Shown piece after piece: positions 9,964 through 23,413 of a stretch of 32,000 nucleotides of DNA; the first letter of the stretch is position 1; every line of letters starts with the position of its first letter. The notes beneath the pieces are model-generated. The model was not told where the DNA came from. It saw nothing but the letters and a program-made list of their open reading frames with translations, and made no database searches. The DNA comes from Wallemia ichthyophaga EXF-994 (lineage: Eukaryota > Fungi > Basidiomycota), in assembly GCF_000400465.1 (NCBI RefSeq), contig NW_008806278.1, forward strand, positions 262,592 through 294,591. Reading direction: 5' to 3'. A program made the translations under genes and the position numbers.

Positions 9964-11765
9964 TTACCCCAGTAGAAGCTCGTCCTCATCACAGTCGCTA
10001 ACCAACAAAATATCTTCATTTTCATTTCCTATGTTCATGGTGTCCAAGTGTGAGATGCCGTTCAACGTCTTCTCTGGTGCTATGAGTAGAGATTCATAGC
10101 CTTCCCCTATCCTGAGAACAGCCTGTTGATCAAAATACATGCTCATTTTGTTGTCAATGTACCTCTCGAGGCATTTACCATAAAACGTGTCCGCGATATG
10201 GGAAGATGAAGCATTATACAACGCCTCTATTTCCCATTTTATGTTGTGACTTTTCATTATCTTAATTTCGTTGCTAAACCTGACTAAGCTGTTTTTAGCG
10301 TGGAGATGGCAGCGGAGCTCACCGTAAGTTGTCCAGACTGAGGGAAGGTTTAGTGAATGCAAAGACGATGCAAACCTCAACCCACCTTATCCCTCTATGT
10401 TGATTAAATATTAATCGAATAATAAAACGCTAACTCACTCGCAGGGATCGTCTCTTGATGAATATTGTCTCAGATCGAGTGTCTGTTCCATTTTGCTGCA
10501 GATCGAATTATCTTTATCCGATAGCCTCAAACTTTGGTCTGGTGGAATAGACAAACTATAAAACATGAGTTTACGAATTAGCTTAAAGTAAGACACTAAC
10601 AAATCAAACTCCTCACAACGCAGGCCTAATAGCATTAATCGTGAGCATCTAGAGCTTCTGTGTTGTTCTGATTGCCTGTCACTTCCAAATTTATAAGTGA
10701 AGAATATATGCAGACCGTGAGGGTCAGAATCAACCAGCGCAATGAATGGTATGCTTAGTGGATAGGGTGAGTTGCTTTATCACGTGCTTGTCATTAATTC
10801 ACCTCGCTGGAAGAATTTTTGCCAAATGGCTGAGTATATCTCGTGTAGCAAAATCAGGATAACCTTTTCCCTGAGTTGCTTGAGAGGAGGCTAATATGAA
10901 TTGATGGACTAGCACTCACCGTCAATAGTATAGTTGGACCATGAACAGATGAGCACGTGAACCGTATTTCTCGCAGTGTTGAAAAAACGGTCTCTTTTTC
11001 AACGACGAGAACGAAAGCGACTTGAGACTAGTTCATTTAAGCGGATGCTACGAATCAGCAAGCTAGCAACAAACAACGTCTACCTGGTGTATATCCTCCA
11101 TTGTAGGTATGAAGTTTGCGACTGAGTCACTTCCGTTTAAGACATTCCCATTGCATAGCTGTATAGACAGAGCTGAGGATAGAAATAATCCTTTGTGCGA
11201 TGCTCTGACGTTGAGGCTTTCCCTGCGAATACCCAATACATGGCTAATTCGCTGTAGTATTTCCTCAACATTGGATTGCTTCTTGAATGCATTGACATTC
11301 TGGTAGTAGATGCTTCTAATGTTTACCTTGCGGGAGCTATGCAGCGCGTTTAGCACATAGTTCATAACAAGCAGCGTATTCGCTGCCAATGTTGAGATGG
11401 AAAGATATGGTGAGAGATGCGCACCACTCACATCTCTTGTTTTCCTTATGAGCACCTAGCTGCTGAGTAATGTCTTCATCTCCCGCTACTAACATATCTC
11501 TTAGGCTTTGCAGATTCACTATTGCATCTCTGCGTGGAGCATAAGAAGAGGTGGCAGGAACAATTCGGCGATTACGTCCTTGTTGGCTAGTGAATCTTCA
11601 ACGTTTACTAGAATTTCGCCAGACATGATGTTTAACGTGCTCAACGTTCAAGATATAGTGACGCGTGTGTTTATTACATTCAACATATTCTGGTATAATT
11701 ATACAATTGGTGCATTATCTAACCAGTTACCACCAATTACCTATCCTGCTGTCGTCAGTAATCAT
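9964..11765 (-). CDS. SPO11: Meiotic endonuclease Spo11 (Topo VIA family); 5' end uncertain (ATG 11765 or 11626)
   Basis: Catalytic-Tyr motif NIRSIYYQ...F.KQSNV, LNVRASHKGL, TOPRIM VLVVEKETVF, GKGYPDFATR, the DxD motif LVDSDPHG and C-terminal EIKIM...KWEIEAL. Six downstream introns splice in frame by manual inspection. Confidence 0.9.
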
Positions 11766-11834
11766 GCAAATAAATAATACTTTCCCCTCTATGTGATATA
11801 TGTGCCAAACCTTTAAGCTGCTTGATGCAAATTG

Positions 11835-13272
11835 TTACGCTACTTCTTCACTCTTCATGCGCTTACTTTCAATTGCATTTCCTGTCAAGCGATTAGTCGA
11901 CATCGATATGGCTATGAGACACGTCTTACCTAGATCTATCGAGTTGTCGTTAGCTTCTACCTCCTCGAAAGATCTCTTTGATGTTGCCAAAGAGTGTGTG
12001 TCTTCAGTCGGTACATCAACTGATTCGACCACTGTTCCAGGTGTTTAGAATGAAACTTTTCATAATAAACTTACTAACCTTTCTCTTCGAGATTTTCACC
12101 TGTGTTATCATTTATAGCGGTTGTTGTTTCAACTTCTATTGGGTTGTAAGATCAGATCGTTTAATTCATTGTGTCTTACCAGTCTCTTCAACAACCCCTG
12201 CATCTATCTGTGAGTCATTGTTACCATTTTGATCGCCAATCGAAGGATCGTTGTCTAGTTTAGAGGCAGCAAAAGGCTCTGATTGTTCATTGTGTACGGG
12301 TTGAGCAACTTCAACTTGATCAACCGTCTCCTCGCCCATTTCAACTGGCTTTTCGTCATATATGTGATGAGTAGTCGATTCTACGCGTTGAATAGTTGAG
12401 CCGTCATCAGCTTCAACGGTCTCAAGAGTTTCAACTGCTTCATCAGCTTCATCAACTTCATCATTCCGCTCATCATCACCGCCTACGTCCTCTCCTACTT
12501 GATCATGCTGATCAAGCTCTTCATTGTCATCGACTGATTCACCGAAAGTGACCGTCTCTGTGCTCTCTTCTACCTTTACATTGTTTTGATCGCCATTATC
12601 ATCATCTAGCACATGCCCCAGGTCTTCTGCAGGAACACCTTCAACTGTAGTGACTTCCTCTACTACAACACCATCATCATTGTCTTCACCAAGTTCATCG
12701 GAAGTATCCTGAACCGCACCTTCAACAACTTGAGCGTCGTCATTCTCGTCTACATCGACAGCTTCATAGAGGAATGGGTCATCGTCGTCACTCTCGGCTC
12801 TGTACTCAAGAATAGATCTCTGTTTGATCTCTTTGCTCTCTTTGCTCTCCTCATTAACAGATGCTATGAAATGTGAGCTATAAGTAAACAAATAGGTGTA
12901 GAACCCACTTTTGTTAGCAAGTCTATTAAAATTTGTAAAGAATCTCGTATCGGTGAATGACATATTTATATTAAGTTGCTCATTCTCGTTTAAACGATTA
13001 TGCAATTCAACCACATCAGCCAAACTGACATCGTTTGCATAGATATTGTCCTGGATTGGGTATAAATTAGAATTTTAAGTATATTTAATCACTCCAACAC
13101 CTACCTCATACACCGTGAGCTTCTCTAAATTCTCAAATTCCAATATCATCTCCAAATCCTCAAACTGCTCATCAAAGTGCGAAATGCGTATTTCATTCAT
13201 GATATGATTTAATGGTTTAGCGTAAATATCGTCGTCTATAAAAATTTCTGTATTTTTCCAATTTATTTTCAT
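11835..13272 (-). CDS. DUF2420 (Rmr1-like) protein with long acidic low-complexity tail
   Basis: The N-terminal domain KPLNHIMNEIR...DLEMILEFENLEKLTVYE|DNIYANDVSLADVVELHNRL...TRFFTNFNRL matches my recollection of the fungal DUF2420 pattern. A D/E/V-rich tail follows, ending KRSFEEVE...ESKRMKSEEVA*. Four to five short introns. Confidence 0.7.
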
Positions 13273-13335
13273 TGCGGCTTAGAGATGATGGTGGTTGTAA
13301 GTAACGAATGTGGAATACTCATACTGGCCCAGATA

Positions 13336-13949
13336 TTATTGCTTTAATGCATTATTAGTCTGTGGGGTTATTTTCTCTATATCCCTGTACTTACATTTAT
13401 CACGTATCGTGCACCTATTCAATCTCTTCGGATTGAGATCTCTAATTTGCTCGTCGAATTCCTGTACATACGTTGGTCCACTAGTACTAAATTTACTACT
13501 CGTACTTTGAATTTCTTCGTCTTCCTTTATCAAAAATTTCATCAAAACCAGCAGCGATCCGTTCATAATGACGACTATTGCAAGTGATAAGTAGCTTATG
13601 ATCAGGTTGTAGACCTCGGTAGACTGACTGAGAAGATTGTAAACCGTGAGCAATGTAGCAGCGATATTTACCATGTATACCAATCTTGATGTCCTCGTAT
13701 TCACGTATGCTAGAAATCCCAACACAACGATCACCAATATCAGATTCGTTGTCTGCTGGTATTTCGAGAGTGTGCTATCCGTGTGTCTGACCTCACTGAC
13801 GATCAGAGCGATGGAATCTGCGACGAGCATAGTGTACGACAATCTTGGAATATCTCAGCATATGTGTGTTATGTTTTACTATGGAAATATGGCTACACTT
13901 ACACACTTACTACTTTTCCAGTCAGTTCAAATTGCGGGACAAATTGCAT
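13336..13949 (-). CDS. Orphan small multi-pass membrane protein (about 3-4 TM segments)
   Basis: ORF 13336-13842 has hydrophobic stretches and a polar C-terminal tail. Its first in-frame ATG is 13830. A possible upstream exon from ATG 13949 (MQFVPQFELTGKVVSV) splices in frame through a GTAAGT...AAG intron. Confidence 0.5.
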
Positions 13950-14073
13950 GCTAGTGTAGCGTGGCTGTGAAGAGAGAGCTTTGTGTACATGTGTTTAATC
14001 ACTCCACCCAATTCTCATTGTTCCCAAAACCTTATTTACACTCATTGTCCTTTGCGTACGCTCAACAAAGAAA

Positions 14074-14087
14074 ACGCGACGACGCGC
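14074..14087 (+). promoter_or_regulatory. Paired ACGCG (MCB-like) cores upstream of the RNase H2A gene
   Basis: ACGCGA at 14074-14079 and ACGCGC at 14082-14087 lie just upstream of ATG 14091. Function is inferred only from yeast G1/S regulation. Confidence 0.25.
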
Positions 14088-14090
14088 AAC

Positions 14091-15190
14091 ATGGCGAAAA
14101 GAGCGCGTAAAGAGAGCACAGGAGAAGAAGACCAAGTCCACGCCTTACCGCCGTCAATGAATGGTGATCAACCACTGCAAACATCGTACTCATACCACTC
14201 TAATGTGCCCGACATTTTACTTGACTCGAAAGTGATAATGGGCGTCGACGAAGCTGGAAGAGGACCAGTTTTAGGTGTGCTCAATCTGCAACTCTAGCCC
14301 CCTCTCACCAAGTACAGGCCCACTCGTTTACGGTATCGCGTATTGCAGCGTCGATTATGAGGATACACTCAAAGAAGCAGGCTTCGCTGACTCCAAAGCG
14401 CTCACTGCTCAGTCTCGTCAGTCTCTCCTCCACAAACTCATTTCTCTATCGGATCAGTTGTCGTGGTCAGTGAGAGTAATGGCTCCTCAGGATATTAGCG
14501 CGGGGATGCTTAAGAAAGTGCCTTACAATCTCAATGCACAATCACACGATGCAACTTTCTCCCTCATTACTGATGTACTATCCAAAGGCGTTCAGTTGGA
14601 ACATGTTTATGTGGATACTGTAGGTCCAGCCAAATCTTATCAATCCAAACTGGAAGTGGCGTTTCCTAATATTGGATTCACCGTTGCTTCAAAGGCTGAT
14701 TCTTTGTTCCCTATCGTTTCAGCTGCTTCGATCGCAGCCAAAGTTACGAGAGATGCAATCATCGATAATTGGACTTTCGTTGAACCTATAAACACCAATT
14801 CATACGCCTCAGCCAGCTCTTCAAAGAAGCTCAAGAGTGAGAATTCATCGATCGATGTCTCTGAGGATCATGATCAGCCTATGAAATTAGGTAGTGGATA
14901 TCCAGGTGGTGAGTGTTGATTTACACAATAATACAAATCAATAATTCTTCTCAACCTACTTAATCTTCTCAGACCCAAATACAGTCGCCTGGCTAAAGAA
15001 CAATCTGGATAGCGTCTTCGGATTGCCTCAGCTAGCCAGATTCAGCTGGTCAACGGTAAAGAATCTCCTAGAATCCAATTCACACTGTGTGAATTGGATG
15101 GATGACAACGAGAATGTATTCAAGACATACGGCAATAACGAGCCTTCATCCATCAAAAAGCTCGGCGTGCAATCTATATCGTCAATGTAA
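14091..15190 (+). CDS. RNH201: Ribonuclease H2 catalytic subunit A
   Basis: GVDEAGRGPVLGPLVYG, GFADSKAL, YVDTVG, KADSLFPIVSAASIAAKVTRD and GSGYPGDPNT...RFSWSTV. All four acidic catalytic residues are present; two introns. Confidence 0.95.
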
Positions 15191-15306
15191 TCTATAACTT
15201 ATGCATTTATTGCATAAGTAATGTATATCTACAATTTCTTTGTATACCAAAAGATGAGGAAAATGTTTTATAAATAAAGACAAGTAGCTTTCAGCAGGTG
15301 GTATGT

Positions 15307-17646
<2,340 letters not shown>

Positions 17647-17930
17647 TCAAAGTAACTGTGAAGAGATGAGGAGATGGAATTCCTGGTAAATCTTCACAAG
17701 CTGGGAATTAAAAATATAAACCAAATATCAAAAAACAGCTGCGTGTACTTGACAAAGGCACTGCGCTGTGCCTGGAGTCATACGCTGTATACGCTATACC
17801 TACGTATCACGGCAGCTCACTGCAATACAAACAGGCTATATAAACAAGCTATATAAAAGCAATCGCTGCATAAAGGACAATTATACAAAGGCCAGTTGTT
17901 TAATTGTAGTATGAGCATCGTACAGTCCAT

Positions 17931-18357
17931 CTATTCGAATACTCGTTTGATTAGATTAGATTCAAGCGTAGTTATTCTCATATTGTCCACTGCTGCTATC
18001 TTCCGACTTGGTTGCTTTCTTAGCATGGCTTCGATACGCTTTGATCTGTTGATTGCCGTTATCCGTAGCCTGTGCTTCTCCGATATAGGCCCGGTCTTGC
18101 TGATTGTTGTTTTTAGCGGTATATACTTTAACAGGTAACCAACTGATACCACTGATAGTCTCTCTCTCACGGCTGTTGCTGTGTTTAGCAGATTCCTTAC
18201 ACTGTTTCCCATGTGTTTCAGCCTCTGTACGCTTGATATCACATGGCTCTTTGACACTATCGACGTATCGACAAGCGTAGTTACTGCGATTATTGCTGCT
18301 ATTGCTATTGATGCCATTGTGTCGTTTGTTTGGAATCCTTCTCCTTAATATGTTTGT
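17931..18357 (-). CDS. Orphan hypothetical protein locus (true frame unresolved; two overlapping open frames)
   Basis: Frame A is an ATG-started 128-aa ORF (18317-17931). Frame B is open for 131 codons (18357-17962) with no start codon, so it would need an upstream exon. Confidence 0.4.
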
Positions 18358-18717
18358 CTACCCTTGGAATGAGAATGGAATGCGCTTAAAAATGCAAGCT
18401 TGAGGGTATGGGAATGAATTTCACTAACTCAGTAATTGCTATATTACCAGCTCCCTCAGTTCCTTCACCGCATTTGGTAAGTCATAATTTTCATCATTCT
18501 AAAACACCCAGATTTGGCCCTAATCCCTAGTTAATCTATCCTTAAGCGGTAATTGTTCATACCCACATTCTCAATCACACTACCCGATGTGACACAAATC
18601 GTATAACCGTCTTAATTTATCTTAAATGAATGCATGTACATTTGACCTGATCGAGTGCAGATCCACTGCGTATTACTATTGTCGTCTTTATTGATTATGC
18701 TGTCAATTATGCTGTTG

Positions 18718-21700
18718 TCATTGATGTTGATGCTGCTGATGCTGATGTTGCTGCTGAGACAAAGTGCCCTGCAAAACCTCCAATACTCCCGCCAATCGCT
18801 TATAGTCTTCAAGCAGTACCTTTACATCGCTTAATCGAAGTTCATCGGCGTGAGCATTGAGGAATTGTGCGTTTGGTGGTTCAAATGAAGTAGAATGGTT
18901 GTTATTGTATGAAACTGTGCGCGAATGATTACCTTTGAATGGAAAAAATGAGTTTAGCAGTGAGCCCTGAGATGGTGATGCACCTAGTGCAGTTTCCTGT
19001 GATGCTTGAGGCGAAGTTTGATTGAGTGAAAACCTCCCTAGACCTGGAATACTAGCCAACCGATTAGTTATATTCATCCTCTCACCAAAACTTTCCTCTT
19101 TGTTACTATTGTAGCTCTTCATACTGCTCATTGACTTAACGCTTCTTGCATCTGAATCTTTGCGCTTGTGCTCAAAGTCAAGGCTCTGTGAGACTGGTAT
19201 TTCCCTGCTAGACACCGAGCTAGACATGTTAACAAGCTCTCTATCTCCAGTGTCATTGTCCGGCAGCGTATTTAGTCGAGGTTTGTTGTCTTTGCCGCTC
19301 GCTATGTTGGCGACATTTGCTGCGATACTTGCAACTGAGAGGCTGCTTGCGCGTCTATTAAACATGCTTTGCGGGCGGCTGTCGACAGGACTAGAAGTGA
19401 GCTCATCTGCTGTTCTTACTATCGTTGGTGGCGAGACTGTGTTTTCTTTGCGATCAATAATACCTCGTAACGCTCCCCATCCTGAATCTACAACTCCTGT
19501 AAATACCTTATTTGCAGAGCCAGCTAAATCCCCTATTTCACCCGTAACCTTGCTTCTTATTTTGCTTGTAAGCTCATCTGATTCCACCTGAACCGGTTGC
19601 AAAGGAAGTGTGGATTGCTCAACGTTATCCCCAAAACCTACGATTCTGTCGCTACCCCCTAAGCCTAGCTCTGAAAGGTCGACTGAGCTCAGGAATTCAA
19701 CTGCTGCTGTGGCGTTTACCAATGCATAGCTTGCTTCACCAGACATCATCCCCTCGGCTCTAAAACGCTGAATGAACAAAAGATTGCTAATGATTTGCGA
19801 TGGATTTGATTTTACCATTGAGAAGATAAGCATTGGAAGTATCAAATCTGCGCTACTGGGTGGCTTTCCTTTGTCATTATCTTCACTCTGAGATTTGACA
19901 TCCTCCACCTGATCTTCCTGACTGTCGCTTTCTGGGCGCAGTCTAATTGGCGGTAGCTTTGCCAAACCGTCTATGTAACAAGTCAATTGATGCTTAGAAG
20001 CAGTGCAACACTCACCAACTATCTTCTTATGTGCTTGAATGAGGACATCAATCTTGACGGCTGGACTCAAACAGCCACCTATCTTTTGCAGCTCTTGACC
20101 GCAGTCATTCACAACATCTTCAAGCCCTTTCCTTGCGTCAGCTTCAGCTTCGCCCTCATTCTGTCCATTGAGTGGTGCATCAGGGACTTGTACGCCTAAA
20201 TGATTCAAGTTCAAATCGAGCATGTTAAGAGCAGCAATCCTCGATGCCAAAGTATCGTCTCTTATAATCTCAGCGTTGGTGGGAATGAAGAGTCTGAGTT
20301 ACTTATCAGAAGACGTCATAGCCTTTGTAGCGCACCTACAGATCAAATATCTCTGTAGTGACTACGCTCTCAACACGTTCAACTGCCAAGGATGCTTCAT
20401 CTTCAACCTCTTCTTCCAACGCCTCTTTCTCCCGCTCAGTAATCTCCTCGTCAGCACTCTCCCTCCGGGACAGTCGTTCGTTCCACAACAAGGAACTGAC
20501 CTCGTCACGAACCTTGATGTAGAGCTCTTGAATTACAGCTGTGCTCGTTTCTGGATCACTCAGTTTCGGTGCAGCGGAACCTGATTTCTTCGATGGTGCC
20601 CGCTTGGCTAGCAAGGCAGCAGCTGACGGAGTAGCAGGATAAAACTGAACAACAAATTGTACCACCCTTGCAATAGCTTTTCTAGGCAACCCTTCTAACC
20701 TTTCCCTTATACGATCCATCACCGATTTGATAAGCTCCCTCTTGACATCATCGTAGTTTATGCTGTTATCGATGGTTCGCACGGTGATTTCAACCGGAGG
20801 CCCAAACTCGAGCTCAGTTTCCTCTGTTTGGTTGGAAAACGAGGGCGTGAGAATGGAAGTGCGTCTATCACCACCGCCGAAGAAAGTAGCGAAAGTCGAC
20901 TTGCTCTGCAACTTAGCAGCATTCGTTAGAGAGGAGGACCTGGAACGGGTAGATAGCTTGGGAGTTGGAGGTGATGGTATAGATAGCGATCCAAGCAAGA
21001 GGCATTTGTGGGTTGGAAATTTAGTTTCAAAGCCGTGGTGGGTTGTAAGAGGAGGTAGACTGCTCAGCAGTGAGCTGTGTAATTGTGAGCTGTAATATAG
21101 CATTTGCAACCAATTCCTCACGATCTTGTATTGCTATCAAACAGATTACTTTCCGCATAGTTCTGGCTTAAGTGGCCGTGAAACACAATTTTGCCGCTGG
21201 GTACTTGTGAGCCTCAACAACTGAGCAAAGAAATACTACTTACGAGTCAATGCTACCACGCAAACCGCTTGCAGCCAAAACCTGCGCAGGGCTATCAGCA
21301 GGACTAAGACCGGCACCGGAATGAGGAGTGGTGGTAGTGAAAACAACGTGATTTCTGATTTGAGATGGATTAATGGGTATGCTGAAAGAGTTTGTGATAT
21401 TCGGCAGTAGCAAAACAGCCTTAAGCCTCAGTTTAGATGGGGTGACAGCGGTGGTACATGACTCACCTTATCTGAAGATGCGAGGGCGAGAACATCGTGC
21501 CATGATAGAGCATCGTCAACTGCTGGAGCTGTTGCGAGTGCCTCCAGCATCTTATATCCAACGGTATCGCTCGGCAGGCCTAGATTCTGTGCCGTGGCTT
21601 TGAGCTGCTGGATCTGCAGGCGCTGTGTGGCGTCTTTGCCCTGTCCCGCGCTCGAACTTGCTTCGACGCTGAGGCTCGTCGCCGATGCGGTGTGCGGCTT

Positions 21701-21820
21701 GCGCTGGAACATTGCATGTGTGAGCGGTGGAGATGTATTGTCCGTGTGGGCAGAGCAGAGCGTGTCAGCTATGTGCTGCGTATGCTGCGTGTGCTGCGAC
21801 GATGGAATATTATCTGCCAT
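18718..21820 (-). CDS. VPS9-domain Rab5/Vps21 guanine-nucleotide exchange factor (Muk1-like)
   Basis: VPS9 motifs SPAVKIDVLIQAHKKIV...SSADLILPMLIFSMVKSNPSQIISNLLFIQRFR...GEASYALVNATAAVEFL. Five introns join ORFs 21428-21820, 20336-21121 and 18718-20250 in frame. Confidence 0.85.
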
Positions 21821-21906
21821 TTAGATTTAGATGATCGTCGTTGGTGATCAAGAGATAAAGAATCTTTCTTGCTCCGTGACTGCCACTGCCACCACCAACA
21901 AACCAA

Positions 21907-23309
21907 ATGGAGCAGCTGAACACCGCCATTATGAAGCGATACTCCAAAGAGAGGAAAGTCGGTGAAGGTACTGTGAGTGCGCTGTGCCATCTCCCGCCGC
22001 ATTCCTTATCTCCGCATTCCAGTATGCGTCCGTCTACCAAGGGCATTGCGTTGAAACGGGGAGAATGGTGGCTATAAAGAAGGTGTTTAAATTCTTATAT
22101 CTACACGCTCTCCTCACGCCGCGTTAGATCAAAATCGGCCAGTTCAAAGACGGTCTCGATATGTCAGCTATCCGTGAAGTTAAGTTCCTGCAGGAGCTCA
22201 AGCACGAGAACGTGATAGAGGTGTGTATATACAGCTATCAAAACCTAATGACGCAATCTAAGTCGCTGTAGATGCTCGACGTCTTCTCTGCGAAACAAAA
22301 CCTCAATCTTGTCCTCGAATTTCTTACCACTGATCTCGAGCTTATTATCAAAGATCGCTCGCTTATCTTTAGACCAGGTGATATCAAATCTTGGATGGCC
22401 ATGACCCTCAGAGGTGTCGATTGGTGTCACCGTAACTTCATTCTTCATAGAGTTAGTCTACTTCTTTTTATACGCGTCTCTAAGCCCTGCATAGGATCTT
22501 AAACCTAACAACCTCCTAATAAACGATAAGGGCATCCTCAAAGTTGCCGATTTTGGTCTGGCAAGGGACGTTGCCGATCCCGGCATGAAAATGACCTGCC
22601 AAGTTATTACGAGGTGGTATAGACCTCCTGAACTGCTGTTTGGTGCTAGAGCATACTCCTCAGCAGTCGATATTTGGAGCGTTGGTTGCATTTTTGCCGA
22701 ATTGCTGCTTAGAACGCCCTATTTACCCGGCGAGAACGATATAGAGCAGCTGAATACAATATTCAGAGCATTGGGTACACCTAAAGAGTCTGAATGGCCT
22801 GTGCGTTTGTCATTTTCACTTGCTACATCTGACGCTCAATTCTATGCAGGGACACACATCCCTACCGTCTTACATCAAATTTCAGGATTACCCTAAGCAA
22901 CCATTGGAGGATCTCTTCAGTGCAGCTGGAAATGACGCTATTGAGTTGCTTGGAAAGTGTCTGCATTACAATCCTCATGAACGGATAAGTGCTGGTAGTG
23001 TATGTCTTAACTTTTACTTGAACTACTTGAGGCACACTGACGCACCCTCGCAGGCTCTCAGACTTCCTTATTTCTCCAATCAGCCTAAACCAACACCCCC
23101 GCCACTATTGCCCAAGCCACTGAAAGAGTTGGAGCCGAGAGCTCTCCCTCCTGACGCCGTCACAGGGCAAGGCAATAACAAGCGCAAAGCTGATGGCGAG
23201 CAGGATCATAAGCCCGACCTCAGGAAAGTTGTGAGCGAAAATCTTGATTGCAAACTGAAACTTACAACTTAACTAATCGACTTAGGCACGCAAGATTGAC
23301 TTCCAATAG
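21907..23309 (+). CDS. KIN28: TFIIH kinase / CAK Kin28 (CDK7)
   Basis: [22 protein letters not shown]|YASVY...VAIKK|[26 protein letters not shown]|[15 protein letters not shown]-loop [20 protein letters not shown]. The DMSAIRE helix is diagnostic of the Kin28 group. Stop at 23307-23309. Confidence 0.93.
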
Positions 23310-23413
23310 ATAATGTATAATTATGTATCATGCACAAAATAATTTATTCGTAATGTTTCAAGGAGCTAGAGAGATTCTAGATGGTATCCAGGGTTGGTCT
23401 ATGATGATGGACT

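Noticed and set aside
19160-19591. 143-aa antisense ORF (also 20222-20584, 20760-21095, 1024-1332, 27860-28285, 26953-27366 and others)
   Set aside because: These are shadow frames of well-supported genes with no recognisable motifs or independent splice/start context.
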